A stretch of 64,000 nt of DNA. Source: Nibricoccus sp. (lineage in GTDB: Bacteria > Verrucomicrobiota > Verrucomicrobiia > Opitutales > Opitutaceae). This document shows, one piece after another, positions 40,092 through 49,709 of this stretch. The position numbers and the translations under genes were made by a program. The stretch lies in NCBI GenBank assembly GCA_047602425.1, contig JASGHG010000001.1:4128001-4192000 (forward strand). The letters are read 5' to 3'. Numbering within the stretch: position 1 is the first letter of the stretch; each line of letters starts with the position of its first letter. The notes beneath the pieces were generated by a model, which was not told the origin of the DNA, did no database searches, and saw nothing but the letters and a program-made list of their open reading frames with translations.

Positions 40092-41783
40092 ATGTCACAA
40101 CCAACGACCAAACCCGACCTCGTCACCGTCAACATCGACGGCAAGGAGATCGCCGTGCCCAAGGGCACGAACGTGATCGAAGCCGCCCGCTTGGTCGGCG
40201 TGGATGTGCCGCACTATTGCTACCACCCTAAACTCACCGTCGTCGGCAATTGCCGCATGTGCCTCGTCGAGATGGGCCTGCCGGCCGTCGATCCTGCAAC
40301 AAAGCAGCCCGTTGTCGATCCAGCCACCGGCAAGCAGAAGATCAATTGGATGCCGCGTCCCCAAATCGGTTGCGGCACCAACGCCATTCCGGGCCTGCAC
40401 ATCCGCACCAACACGCCGCAGATCAAAGACTGCCGCGAGGGCGTGATGGAATTTCTCCTCATCAACCATCCGCTCGACTGCCCGATTTGCGACCAGGCCG
40501 GCGAATGCAAACTTCAGGAGCAGGCGACGGGTTACGGTCGCGGCTACTCGCGCTTCATCGAGCAGAAGAACGTTAAACCGAAGCGCACCCAGCTCGGACC
40601 GCGCGTTACGCTCGACGACGAACGTTGCGTGCTCTGCTCGCGCTGCATCCGCTTCTCCAAGGAAGTCGCGAAGGATGATGTCCTCGGCTTCATCGATCGC
40701 GGCAGCTACTCGACACTGACCTGCTATCCGGGCAAGCAGCTCGAAAATAATTACTCGCTTAACACCGTCGACATCTGCCCGGTCGGCGCGCTTACGAGCA
40801 CGGATTTCCGTTTCAAGATGCGCGTCTGGTTCCTCAAGCAGACGGACAGCATCGACACCGAATCGTCCGTTGGAGCCAACACCGTGGTCTGGTCGCGCGA
40901 AGGCCAGATCTACCGCATCACCCCGCGTCGCAACGATGAGGTCAATGACACCTGGATGGCCGACAGCGGCCGCACGCTCTACAAGCAAGTCCGCGACGAC
41001 AGCCGCCTGACCGCGATCTCAGTCGATGGCCAGCCTGCCAATCTCGACGCCGCGATTTCCGCCGCAGCCGAACTACTCAAAGCCGGCAACGTCGCCGTTG
41101 TCGGTTCCGGTCGCAGTTCGGTCGAAGAACAATTCCTCACAAAAAAAATCGCCGACGCTCTCAAAGCTTCCGCGCAAATCGTTGCACGAGTGGGAGAGGG
41201 CGATAAGATTCTCGTCTCTGCCGACCGCAATCCGAACACGCGTGGCGCACTCGTCACAGGCATGATCGGCCAACCGCCTTCCGCGCAACTCACCGAACTC
41301 GCCGCCTCGATCGACGCTGGCAAAGTGAAAACCGTTCTCGCAATCAACGAGGATCTCGCTGCCGCCGGTCTTTCGGCCGCGCAGCTCGCGAAAATCAAAA
41401 TCGTTTATCTCGGCACGCACGCTGACACAACGTCTGCTGCCGCGCAGGTCGTGATCCCGACGCTCACGGTTTTTGAAAAGAGCGGCACGTTCATCAACCA
41501 GCAGTTCCGCCTCCAGAAATTCAACGCCGCGGTTCCCGGCCTCGCTGGCGCGACCAACGACGTCGTCGTGTTGACCAAGCTGCTTGCCGCTGTCGGTGGC
41601 GCGAAGTTGTTGCCTGATGTTGCCTCGATTTGGGCCGGCCTTTCCTCCGAGGTTAAACCGCTGGCTGGCCTTTCTTTCGCCGCGATTCCCGACACCGGCA
41701 AAATCATCGACGGCTCCGCCTTTGCCGCGCTCGCCTTCCCCGAGGGCGAAACGCTTCATTTTAAACCCGCCGCCAAGGCCTGA
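40092..41783 (+). CDS. nuoG: NADH-quinone oxidoreductase subunit G (short form)
   Basis: HYCYHP, GNCRMCLVE, HPLDCPICDQAGEC, RCVLCSRC, ICPVGAL. Confidence 0.93.
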   Translation: MSQPTTKPDLVTVNIDGKEIAVPKGTNVIEAARLVGVDVPHYCYHPKLTVVGNCRMCLVEMGLPAVDPATKQPVVDPATGKQKINWMPRPQIGCGTNAIPGLHIRTNTPQIKDCREGVMEFLLINHPLDCPICDQAGECKLQEQATGYGRGYSRFIEQKNVKPKRTQLGPRVTLDDERCVLCSRCIRFSKEVAKDDVLGFIDRGSYSTLTCYPGKQLENNYSLNTVDICPVGALTSTDFRFKMRVWFLKQTDSIDTESSVGANTVVWSREGQIYRITPRRNDEVNDTWMADSGRTLYKQVRDDSRLTAISVDGQPANLDAAISAAAELLKAGNVAVVGSGRSSVEEQFLTKKIADALKASAQIVARVGEGDKILVSADRNPNTRGALVTGMIGQPPSAQLTELAASIDAGKVKTVLAINEDLAAAGLSAAQLAKIKIVYLGTHADTTSAAAQVVIPTLTVFEKSGTFINQQFRLQKFNAAVPGLAGATNDVVVLTKLLAAVGGAKLLPDVASIWAGLSSEVKPLAGLSFAAIPDTGKIIDGSAFAALAFPEGETLHFKPAAKA

Positions 41784-41787
41784 TTTA

Positions 41788-41940
41788 AACAGAAGATAAC
41801 GAAGAGAACAAAGAAATGGTCCTGAAAAATCACATCGTTTCTCCGCTTTCCACTGTTCTGAAAGGTTCGGCAAAGGTTCTACGGCTTCCTCTGATTTCGC
41901 ATACGAATAACCGCTTCGTTTCCTTTGTTAGCTTCTGTTA
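41788..41940. repeat. Intergenic inverted repeat with 9-nt periodic arms (nuoG/nuoH), same family as nuoF/nuoG copy
   Basis: aacagaaga-taacgaaga-gaacaaaga ... accgcttcgtttcctttgttagcttctgtt. Confidence 0.78.
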
Positions 41941-41943
41941 AAA

Positions 41944-43125
41944 ATGGATTTTTTCTTTCAACTTCCCATCTGGCTCCAAGCTGCGATTAAAGGGCTCGCG
42001 GTGATTCTGGTGATTTTCCCAATTGCGGGCGTTTGCTCGATGGCGGAACGCAAGGTCGCTGCCTGGGTGCAGGATCGTCCCGGCCCGAACCGTGCTATTG
42101 TGCCGTGGGTCGCCTGGATTCCATTCGTCGGAAAGTTCCTCCAGCGTCTCGGCGTGTTTCACGTCATGGCCGACGGCGGCAAGATGCTTTTTAAGGAAGA
42201 CTCCACGCCAGGGCATGTGCACAAGTTCTACTTTATCGCCGCGCCGTTGCTTGCGATGATTCCCGCGCTGACGACCGTTACGGTCGTGCCGTTTGGTGCC
42301 TACTTCGACGAGGTGGGTAAAATCATCCCGCTTGTCCTCGCTAATCTCGACGTCGGCTTGCTGGCGGTGTTCGCGATTTCCTCGCTTGGCGTTTACTCGC
42401 TGATTCTGGCCGGTTGGGCGTCGAACTCAAAATACCCCTTCCTCGGCAGCGTGCGCGCTTCGGCTCAGCTTATTTCATACGAACTCTCGATGACGCTGGC
42501 GGTGCTTCCAGTTTTCCTTTGGGTCAATGCGCCTGGTGAGGCTGGCACGTTGGGCCTCGGTCGCGTAGTCGAGTTCCAAAGCGGCACGTGGCACGGTTTG
42601 ACCTCAGCTTCCTGGGGTGGCGCTTGGTTCGGCTTCTTGATGCCGATCTCGGCCTTCATCTTTCTTGTCTGCCTGTTTGCCGAGACGAACCGCCAGCCAT
42701 TCGATACCATTGAATCCGAAGCCGATCTCGTCGGTTCGTTCCATACCGAATACGGCGCCTTCAAATGGGGCTTGTTCTTCGTGGCGGAGTATTCGCACAT
42801 GATCGTGGGTTCGGGCATTTTCATGCTGTTGTTTTGCGGCGGTTGGAACCCGTTGCCTTGGCTCCCGCTCGGGACCGTCGTCGAATGGCTACACCACGTA
42901 ACCGGCTGGGCTTTTACGATTCACCCGCTTTTCGTTGGCCTTCTTTCCATCGCCATCTTCCTCGGGAAGGTACTGGCGATGATTTTCTTCTTCATGTGGA
43001 TCCGCTGGACGGTTCCGCGTTTCCGTTACGACCAAGTGATGAAGATCGGCTGGCGCATTCTGCTGCCGCTTTCCATCGCCAACCTTCTCGTCTACGCGAT
43101 CGCCATCGCGCTCATTCAAAAATAG
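41944..43125 (+). CDS. nuoH: NADH-quinone oxidoreductase subunit H
   Basis: ERK..A..QDRPGPN, GWASNSKY, AETNR.PFD, PRFRYDQ. Confidence 0.96.
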   Translation: MDFFFQLPIWLQAAIKGLAVILVIFPIAGVCSMAERKVAAWVQDRPGPNRAIVPWVAWIPFVGKFLQRLGVFHVMADGGKMLFKEDSTPGHVHKFYFIAAPLLAMIPALTTVTVVPFGAYFDEVGKIIPLVLANLDVGLLAVFAISSLGVYSLILAGWASNSKYPFLGSVRASAQLISYELSMTLAVLPVFLWVNAPGEAGTLGLGRVVEFQSGTWHGLTSASWGGAWFGFLMPISAFIFLVCLFAETNRQPFDTIESEADLVGSFHTEYGAFKWGLFFVAEYSHMIVGSGIFMLLFCGGWNPLPWLPLGTVVEWLHHVTGWAFTIHPLFVGLLSIAIFLGKVLAMIFFFMWIRWTVPRFRYDQVMKIGWRILLPLSIANLLVYAIAIALIQK

Positions 43126-43137
43126 GAATCTTTCGCC

Positions 43138-43677
43138 ATGGCCGTTGTCCCTCTTGAACGAAAACCTCTGACGCTCGCCGAGCGCACCTACCTGCCGCAG
43201 ATTATGCAGGGATTGAAGACCACGATGAAACACCTCGTGGCCAAGCCGGTGACACTCGAATATCCGGAGCAGCGTCCGGTGATCCCGCCCGGCTACCGCG
43301 GCGTGCCGACCTTGGTCAAAGATCCAAATGGTCGTGAAAAATGCGTTTCGTGCCAGCTCTGCGAATTTGTTTGTCCGCCAAAAGCCATTCGCATCACGCC
43401 GGGCGAAATTCCCTTCGACGCGCCCAACGCCCACGTCGAGAAGGCACCCAAGGAATTCGACATCGACATGCTGCGCTGCATTTACTGCGGCATGTGCCAG
43501 GAGGTTTGCCCTGAAGAGGCGATCTGGCTGCAAAATCAGTTTTCGATGACCGGCCTCTCGCGCGAAGAGATGATCAATCACAAGGACCGGCTCTACGAGC
43601 TTGGCGGCACGCTGCCGGACGAACATCGCAAATGGGACAAAAAGAAAGCCGCCGAGGAGCACGGCAACGAACATTGA
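43138..43677 (+). CDS. nuoI: NADH-quinone oxidoreductase subunit I
   Basis: CVSCQLCEFVCP, CIYCGMCQEVCP. Confidence 0.96.
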   Translation: MAVVPLERKPLTLAERTYLPQIMQGLKTTMKHLVAKPVTLEYPEQRPVIPPGYRGVPTLVKDPNGREKCVSCQLCEFVCPPKAIRITPGEIPFDAPNAHVEKAPKEFDIDMLRCIYCGMCQEVCPEEAIWLQNQFSMTGLSREEMINHKDRLYELGGTLPDEHRKWDKKKAAEEHGNEH

Positions 43678-43689
43678 TTTTTATGACGA

Positions 43690-43791
43690 GTTACACAGAG
43701 AACACGAAGGACGCACGGAGAGCACAGAGAACCATTCTGATGCCCTGTGTTATTGGTGACCTCCGCGTCTCCTCTGAGGACTCTGTGTAAC
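43690..43791. repeat. Intergenic inverted repeat with CACAGAG-type periodic arms (nuoI/nuoJ)
   Basis: gttacacagagaacacgaaggacgcacggagagcacagag ... ctccgcgtctcctctgaggactctgtgtaac. Confidence 0.78.
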
Positions 43792-43812
43792 CATTCCGAA
43801 GCTTTTCGTTTC

Positions 43813-44322
43813 ATGCCGAATTTTCTCTTCTACCTTTTCTCCGCGCTTACGGTCGGCTCCGCCCTTGCAGTGGTGTTCAACAAAAACACCGTGAACGCCG
43901 CTGTGTGTCTTTTACTCAGTTTGCTCGGAGTTGCCGGCATCTTCGCCTTGCTCGACGCGCTTTTGCTCTCCGCCTTGCTGATCCTCGTCTACGCCGGAGC
44001 GGTCGTGGCGCTCTTCCTTTTCATCGTCATGCTGCTCAAACCGCAGACTGAAACCAAAAAGCCATACAAAAAGATTTCTTTCATCGCAGGAACGTTGGCC
44101 GCCGCGCTGCTCGGACTGGGCGTCTATAGTTTTGTCTCACGCAGTCAGTTCTCCTCGGCTCCCGCCGCTGAAGCTTTTAGCGCCGGTCTCAAGGAATACG
44201 GCGCGAAACTTTTCACCACCTATCTGCTGCCAGTTCAGGTCGTCGGCTTTCTGCTGCTCGTGGCGATGCTCGGCGTGATCGTGCTCAGCAAGAAATATGA
44301 AGAACAGGAGGAGACCAAATGA
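43813..44322 (+). CDS. nuoJ: NADH-quinone oxidoreductase subunit J
   Basis: [18 protein letters not shown]; operon position. Confidence 0.92.
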   Translation: MPNFLFYLFSALTVGSALAVVFNKNTVNAAVCLLLSLLGVAGIFALLDALLLSALLILVYAGAVVALFLFIVMLLKPQTETKKPYKKISFIAGTLAAALLGLGVYSFVSRSQFSSAPAAEAFSAGLKEYGAKLFTTYLLPVQVVGFLLLVAMLGVIVLSKKYEEQEETK

Positions 44323-44624
44323 CCATCGGGCTAAATGAATACCTGATTCTCAGCGCGCTGCTCTTTGCCGTCGGTTTCTTCGGCGTGCTGGTGCGCAAGA
44401 ACACGCTCGTGATCTACATGTGCCTCGAAATGATGTTGGTCGCGTCGACCATCGCGCTTGTCGCGTTTTCACGTTTCAACGGCACCCTCGATGGCAATGT
44501 GTTCGTCTTTTTCATTCTCACTGTGGCTGCGGCCGAGGTCGCCGTCGGCCTTGCCATTATCGTCGCGCTTTTCCGCAAACGTGGCTCCGTTCAAGTCGAA
44601 GATCTTAACGCGCTGAAAAACTAA
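44319..44624 (+). CDS. nuoK: NADH-quinone oxidoreductase subunit K
   Basis: [12 protein letters not shown]. Confidence 0.95.
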   Translation: MTIGLNEYLILSALLFAVGFFGVLVRKNTLVIYMCLEMMLVASTIALVAFSRFNGTLDGNVFVFFILTVAAAEVAVGLAIIVALFRKRGSVQVEDLNALKN

Positions 44625-44627
44625 ACC

Positions 44628-46523
44628 ATGGCGCCCCTCCAACTCGCACTTCTCGTTCTCCTGTTGCCGCTCGCTTCGGCGGCGATCATCGCGCTTTTCC
44701 TGCGTCGGCAGGGCACGCTGGCGTCGTCCATTTCGGTGGGCGCCTGTGCCGCGCTGGCCGTCGCGGCGCTCAAGCTTGTTTTTGGCGATCATCGCTTCGC
44801 CTCTTCCGTTTCGTGGATGGAACTGGGCGGTTGGACGCTTTCGCTGGGTTTTAAATTCGACGATCTCGCCGCGCTCATGCTGGCGATCGTCGCGATTGTC
44901 GGACTCTGCGTTCATGTGTTTTCGCTGGGCTACATGCACGAGGACGGCGCAAAAGCGCGTTATTTTGGCGGACTTTCTGTCTTCATGTTTTCGATGCTCG
45001 GCATCGTTTTTGCCGACAATCTTTTCATGATGTTTATCTTTTGGGAGCTGGTTGGTTTTAGCTCCTGGTTGTTGATCAATCATTTTCATGAAAAGCAGTC
45101 GGCCGCGGACGCGTCGAAAAAGGCATTCATCGTCAATCGGGTGGGCGACTTTGGTTTCCTGATCGGCATCATCTGGTGCTACGCGGCGCTCGGAACCGTG
45201 AATTTAAGCGAAATCGCGATCAAGCTGCCAATAGGCTCGGTGATTACGCCAGCGATTCCGATCCTTCTTTTCTGCGGCGCGGTCGGCAAATCCGCACAAA
45301 TGCCGCTGCACGTCTGGTTGCCCGACGCGATGGAAGGCCCGACGCCCGTTTCCGCACTCATCCATGCTGCGACGATGGTCGCCGCCGGTATCTACATGCT
45401 TTGCCGGATCGAGCCTCTTTTTGCGGCTGCTCCAGCCGCATTGAACGTGGTGATGTGGATTGGTGTGGCTACGGCCGTTTACGCCGCGCTTTGTGCGGTC
45501 ACCCAGAGCGATATCAAAAAAGTTCTCGCGTATTCAACGCTGTCACAACTCGGTTACATGGTGGCGGCGTTCGGTTTGGGGCGTCTCCACGAGGTCCAGG
45601 AAACCGATCAAGGGAAAGTGAACGTTCTGCTGCTCGCCGGTGCCGGGGCGGCCATGTTTCACCTGATGACGCACGCCTTCTTCAAGGCGCTCTTGTTCCT
45701 TGGCTCAGGTTCGGTCATTCACGGCTGCCATCACGAACAAAACATTTTCAAAATGGGCGGACTGGCGAAAAAGATGAAGCTCACCTTCGCGACCTTCACC
45801 ATCGGAGTTCTGGCGATCATTGGAACACCTCTGCTGTCGGGGTTCTTCTCGAAGGATACCATTTTGCTGCTCGCCTTTGAAAAGAACCGGCTGGTTTTTG
45901 GCCTGCTGGCATTCACCGCGGTTTTGACCTCTTTCTACATGGTTCGGCTTTGGAAGCTGGTTTTCCTTGGCAAGCCCCGTGGCGAAAGTGCCGAACACGC
46001 GCATGAAAGCGGCTTCTCCATGATTATCCCGCTGGTCATTTTGGCCCTGCTCGCGATTACCGCTGGCTGGCCCGAGGTGCTCGATTTGAGATGCTTCCGC
46101 ACGATTTTCGACGAGGTTCCCAATGGCCACAACCATGAACACGCCCACCACGTTGTCTTCACTATCAGTTTGATCGTGGTGTTTGTGGGCGCGTTGAGCG
46201 CTTACCTTTTCTACAAACCGGAAGGGAAGGACACCTTGGCGGCAAAGAGCCCGGGCCTGTTTAGCGGGCTGGCGTTGCTCAAGGCTTCGCCAGATGAGAT
46301 TTTCAATTACTACGTCAAAAAGGTGCAGGACCGGTTCGCCCTGGTCATTAACTTTATCGATAACGTCGTTCTTGCCCGGTTGATCGTGGGCGGCTTGGCG
46401 GGTTTTGTCGGCCTGATCAGTCTGGGGGCGCGTGCCCTCTACGTCGGGAGCCTGCATGCCTATGTCTACTGGTTTTTGATCGGCGCGGCGCTGGTCTGGG
46501 GATTTGCGGCTGGAATTTTCTAA
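44628..46523 (+). CDS. nuoL: NADH-quinone oxidoreductase subunit L
   Basis: KSAQMPLHVWLPDAMEGPTPVSALIHAATMV, THAFFKALLFL. Confidence 0.97.
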   Translation: MAPLQLALLVLLLPLASAAIIALFLRRQGTLASSISVGACAALAVAALKLVFGDHRFASSVSWMELGGWTLSLGFKFDDLAALMLAIVAIVGLCVHVFSLGYMHEDGAKARYFGGLSVFMFSMLGIVFADNLFMMFIFWELVGFSSWLLINHFHEKQSAADASKKAFIVNRVGDFGFLIGIIWCYAALGTVNLSEIAIKLPIGSVITPAIPILLFCGAVGKSAQMPLHVWLPDAMEGPTPVSALIHAATMVAAGIYMLCRIEPLFAAAPAALNVVMWIGVATAVYAALCAVTQSDIKKVLAYSTLSQLGYMVAAFGLGRLHEVQETDQGKVNVLLLAGAGAAMFHLMTHAFFKALLFLGSGSVIHGCHHEQNIFKMGGLAKKMKLTFATFTIGVLAIIGTPLLSGFFSKDTILLLAFEKNRLVFGLLAFTAVLTSFYMVRLWKLVFLGKPRGESAEHAHESGFSMIIPLVILALLAITAGWPEVLDLRCFRTIFDEVPNGHNHEHAHHVVFTISLIVVFVGALSAYLFYKPEGKDTLAAKSPGLFSGLALLKASPDEIFNYYVKKVQDRFALVINFIDNVVLARLIVGGLAGFVGLISLGARALYVGSLHAYVYWFLIGAALVWGFAAGIF

Positions 46524-46535
46524 TCGGACAACGCG

Positions 46536-48071
46536 ATGACCACTTGCCCTTTTGATCTTATTTTCCTCTCGATCGTGACACCGCTGGCGGTGGCCGTTGT
46601 GATCGCGCTCGGCCTGCCCAAGGCTTGGGCAACCAAGCTTGCCTACGTCGGCTTCGGCCTTCCGGCCATCATTGCGATTTCTTTGTGGGCGCAATTTTCT
46701 TCGGCGACTCAGGTTGATACTTATGCCTTCAAAACGGTTTATGAAACCGGGTTGGGCAGTCTTGGCATCAGATTGATGCTTGGCCTCAACGGCATTTCGC
46801 TGCCGCTCTTTGTGTTGGCGGGGCTGGTTGGTTTGGCGGCCGGACTGTACGCGATCCATTCAGGCGCAGAACGGCTGAAACTTTACCTCACGCTGCTCCT
46901 CGTGATGCAGGGCGGATTGATGGGCGTGTTCGCGTCGATCGACGTTTTCTTCTTCTATTTCTTCCACGAACTCGCGCTGATTCCGACCTTCATCATGGTC
47001 GGCATCTGGGGTGGACGCGACCGCAACTACGCGGCAATGAAGATGACGATTTATCTCACGCTGGGTGCGATGCTGTCGCTGATCGGCTTGATCGCGATCT
47101 ATGTGAAGAGCGGTGCGGAAACCTTCGACCTTATTTCGCTGCGTCACGTGCTTCTCGCGAATCCGTTACCGGTCTTTGCGCAGAAAAATATTTTCGGTTT
47201 GCTCATGTTTGGCTTTGGCATCCTGGTTTCGCTCTGGCCGCTGCACACCTGGGCGCCGCTCGGCTACGGTGCCGCACCGAGCTCGGCCGCGATGTTGCAC
47301 GCAGGCGTGTTGAAGAAGTTCGGCCTTTACGGCCTGATCCAGATTGCATTGCCCTTGCTCCCCCTTGGCCTTGGTCCTTGGAAGTGGGTGTTGGTCACGC
47401 TGGCGTTGGGAAATATTCTCGTCATCGGTTTTGTGACGATCGCTCAGCGCGACCTTAAGCAAATGATCGGTTTTAGCTCGGTCATGCACATGGGTTATGC
47501 GTTTCTCGGCGTGGCGGCGTTTTCAGTCGTGGGTGCCGGCGGTGTGGTGCTCATGATGGTGGCGCACGGACTTTCGGTGGCGCTGCTCTTTCTGCTTGCG
47601 ACGAGTATTTACGATCGCACGCAGACCTTCGATCTCGGGCAAATGGGCGGACTTGCGCAAAAGACCCCCGTGCTTGCGGCCTTTTTCGTCGCCGCGACCT
47701 TTGCGAGCATCGGCCTGCCGGGCTTCGCCAACTTCTGGGGCGAACTCGCGATTTTTGTTTCGCTGTGGACGCTTTCGCCGTGCGTTGCGGGCTGCGCGAT
47801 TGCAGGTGTGGTGATTTCTGCGATCTACGGATTGCGCGCGGCCGCCAACGTTTTCTTTGGCCAGCCGACGGAGGTGTTCTCAAAGCAGGCAGCAGGACAA
47901 CCGATTGTCGATTTGCGTTGGAGCGAAAAGTTGCCCGCGATCGTTTTGCTGGCTGCATTGCTCTTTGTCGGTTTCTGGCCGAAGTCGATCTCGACCTCGC
48001 TCAACGGCGCCCTGCAGGCCATTTACCCCGCCGCGACTCACGCAGCCACGACCGCCGTGGCCAATAAATAA
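46536..48071 (+). CDS. nuoM: NADH-quinone oxidoreductase subunit M
   Basis: WPLHTW, SSVMHMG, GLPGFANFWGE; operon position. Confidence 0.94.
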   Translation: MTTCPFDLIFLSIVTPLAVAVVIALGLPKAWATKLAYVGFGLPAIIAISLWAQFSSATQVDTYAFKTVYETGLGSLGIRLMLGLNGISLPLFVLAGLVGLAAGLYAIHSGAERLKLYLTLLLVMQGGLMGVFASIDVFFFYFFHELALIPTFIMVGIWGGRDRNYAAMKMTIYLTLGAMLSLIGLIAIYVKSGAETFDLISLRHVLLANPLPVFAQKNIFGLLMFGFGILVSLWPLHTWAPLGYGAAPSSAAMLHAGVLKKFGLYGLIQIALPLLPLGLGPWKWVLVTLALGNILVIGFVTIAQRDLKQMIGFSSVMHMGYAFLGVAAFSVVGAGGVVLMMVAHGLSVALLFLLATSIYDRTQTFDLGQMGGLAQKTPVLAAFFVAATFASIGLPGFANFWGELAIFVSLWTLSPCVAGCAIAGVVISAIYGLRAAANVFFGQPTEVFSKQAAGQPIVDLRWSEKLPAIVLLAALLFVGFWPKSISTSLNGALQAIYPAATHAATTAVANK

Positions 48072-48082
48072 TTTTCGCCGAG

Positions 48083-49603
48083 ATGAATCCCGAAGAACTA
48101 ACCAGAATCGCCGAATCCAACCAATGGCTCGCCATTGTCCCCGAGATATCGCTCGGGTGTCTCGCCTTGGCGTTGTTGGTGCTGGAAATGCTGCTGCCCA
48201 AAAAGGAGCACGGTGCGATCCCGGCAACCTGCCTTGCGGGTCTTCTGGGTGCGCTCGCAGGTTTATTCATCAACTACCGCACGCCCTTCCTCGACCAGGC
48301 GATATTTGGCGGAATGCTGAGGCTGTCGGCAACCGGCCAGTTCATGCGCGTGTTTTTCCTGCTGACGGCGATCCTTGTCACCTGGTTGGGCATGGCTGCC
48401 TTCAAGAAGCAGAAGCTGCCGCGCGTGGAATTTTTTCACATCGTGCTGGTCGTGACGGCGGCGATGATGCTGCTCGCGCAGAGTAATGACTTCGTGATGT
48501 TCTTCGTCGCGCTCGAAACGATCACGGTGGGTTTCTATGTGCTGGTTAGCTATTTCCGCAACAATGCGCTTTCGCTTGAGGCCGGCCTCAAATATTTGAT
48601 CACTGGCGCGCTCAGCTCGGGCATCATGCTTTTCGGCATCGTGTTGCTCTACGGCGTGGCGGGCAACAAGGGCCTGCCCGGGGCCTCGTCGATTTCAATG
48701 AACTTTGGCGCCTTGCAGGCGTTCCTCGAAGCCAATCCCAACAATTTTATCGCGAGCGTGGGCATCGTTCTCGTGCTTTCGGGCGTCGCCTTTAAAATTG
48801 GTGCAGTGCCGTTCCAGATTTGGATTCCCGATGTTTACCAAGGTGCACCGACGCCTGTGACCGCTCTTCTCGCCGTCGGATCAAAAGCCGCCGGTTTTGC
48901 GATTCTCATGGTACTCACCCAAGTGTTCGGCGCGTATCAGAACCTGGTGGAGTCGCTTCTCGCCCTCCTGGCGGCAGTGACGATCATCCTTGGAAATCTC
49001 GGTGCGCTCACGCAGCACAACGTCAAGCGCCTCATGGGACTCTCTGGCGTATCGCACGCCGGCTACCTTTTGCTGGGGGTGATTGCCGCCAATTCCATTC
49101 CACAGGCGGCCGACGCGGTGAACTTCTATCTTGTGGTCTACCTTTTTGCCTCTTTTGCCGTGTTCGGCGTGATGACCCATCTTGCCGGCCCCAACGACGC
49201 GGATCAGGAAATGGAGCACTATACCGATCTCGCACGCCGGCATCCGTTCTACGCCGCTGTGCTGGCGATTGGGCTTGGTTCGCTCGCGGGCATCCCACCG
49301 CTCGCGGGATTTATCGGCAAACTGCTCATCTTCATCGCGGCGTTCAAGGCCGGGCTATTCTGGCTGCTCGCCGTGGCGATTCTGGGCGTGGTCGTTTCGA
49401 TCTATTATTATTTCGGCTGGATCAAGGCCGCGTATTTTTCGCCGCGAAAATTGAATTCTGCCGAGGCCCCGGTGGAACCCGATACAGCCGAAGCGGCGCC
49501 GATCAATGTTGCCACGGTTGCTGTGCTTGCGCTTCTCGCCTTTGCCTCGGTCTTACTTGGCTTCTTCCAGACGCCGTTGACGGCTTGGATCGCGAAATTG
49601 TAG
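48083..49603 (+). CDS. nuoN: NADH-quinone oxidoreductase subunit N
   Basis: EAGLKY, FKIGAVPFQIWIPDVYQGAP, SLAGIPPLAGF. Confidence 0.95.
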   Translation: MNPEELTRIAESNQWLAIVPEISLGCLALALLVLEMLLPKKEHGAIPATCLAGLLGALAGLFINYRTPFLDQAIFGGMLRLSATGQFMRVFFLLTAILVTWLGMAAFKKQKLPRVEFFHIVLVVTAAMMLLAQSNDFVMFFVALETITVGFYVLVSYFRNNALSLEAGLKYLITGALSSGIMLFGIVLLYGVAGNKGLPGASSISMNFGALQAFLEANPNNFIASVGIVLVLSGVAFKIGAVPFQIWIPDVYQGAPTPVTALLAVGSKAAGFAILMVLTQVFGAYQNLVESLLALLAAVTIILGNLGALTQHNVKRLMGLSGVSHAGYLLLGVIAANSIPQAADAVNFYLVVYLFASFAVFGVMTHLAGPNDADQEMEHYTDLARRHPFYAAVLAIGLGSLAGIPPLAGFIGKLLIFIAAFKAGLFWLLAVAILGVVVSIYYYFGWIKAAYFSPRKLNSAEAPVEPDTAEAAPINVATVAVLALLAFASVLLGFFQTPLTAWIAKL

Positions 49604-49709
49604 GCCACGTGCTGGCGGGCGACCAGCACGACGACGTCGGCATTCTGCAAATTTCCCGCTTCGTGCTTGGCGTGATGCGCGCTTTGCGTGAAAACATCCA
49701 CACCGCCGC

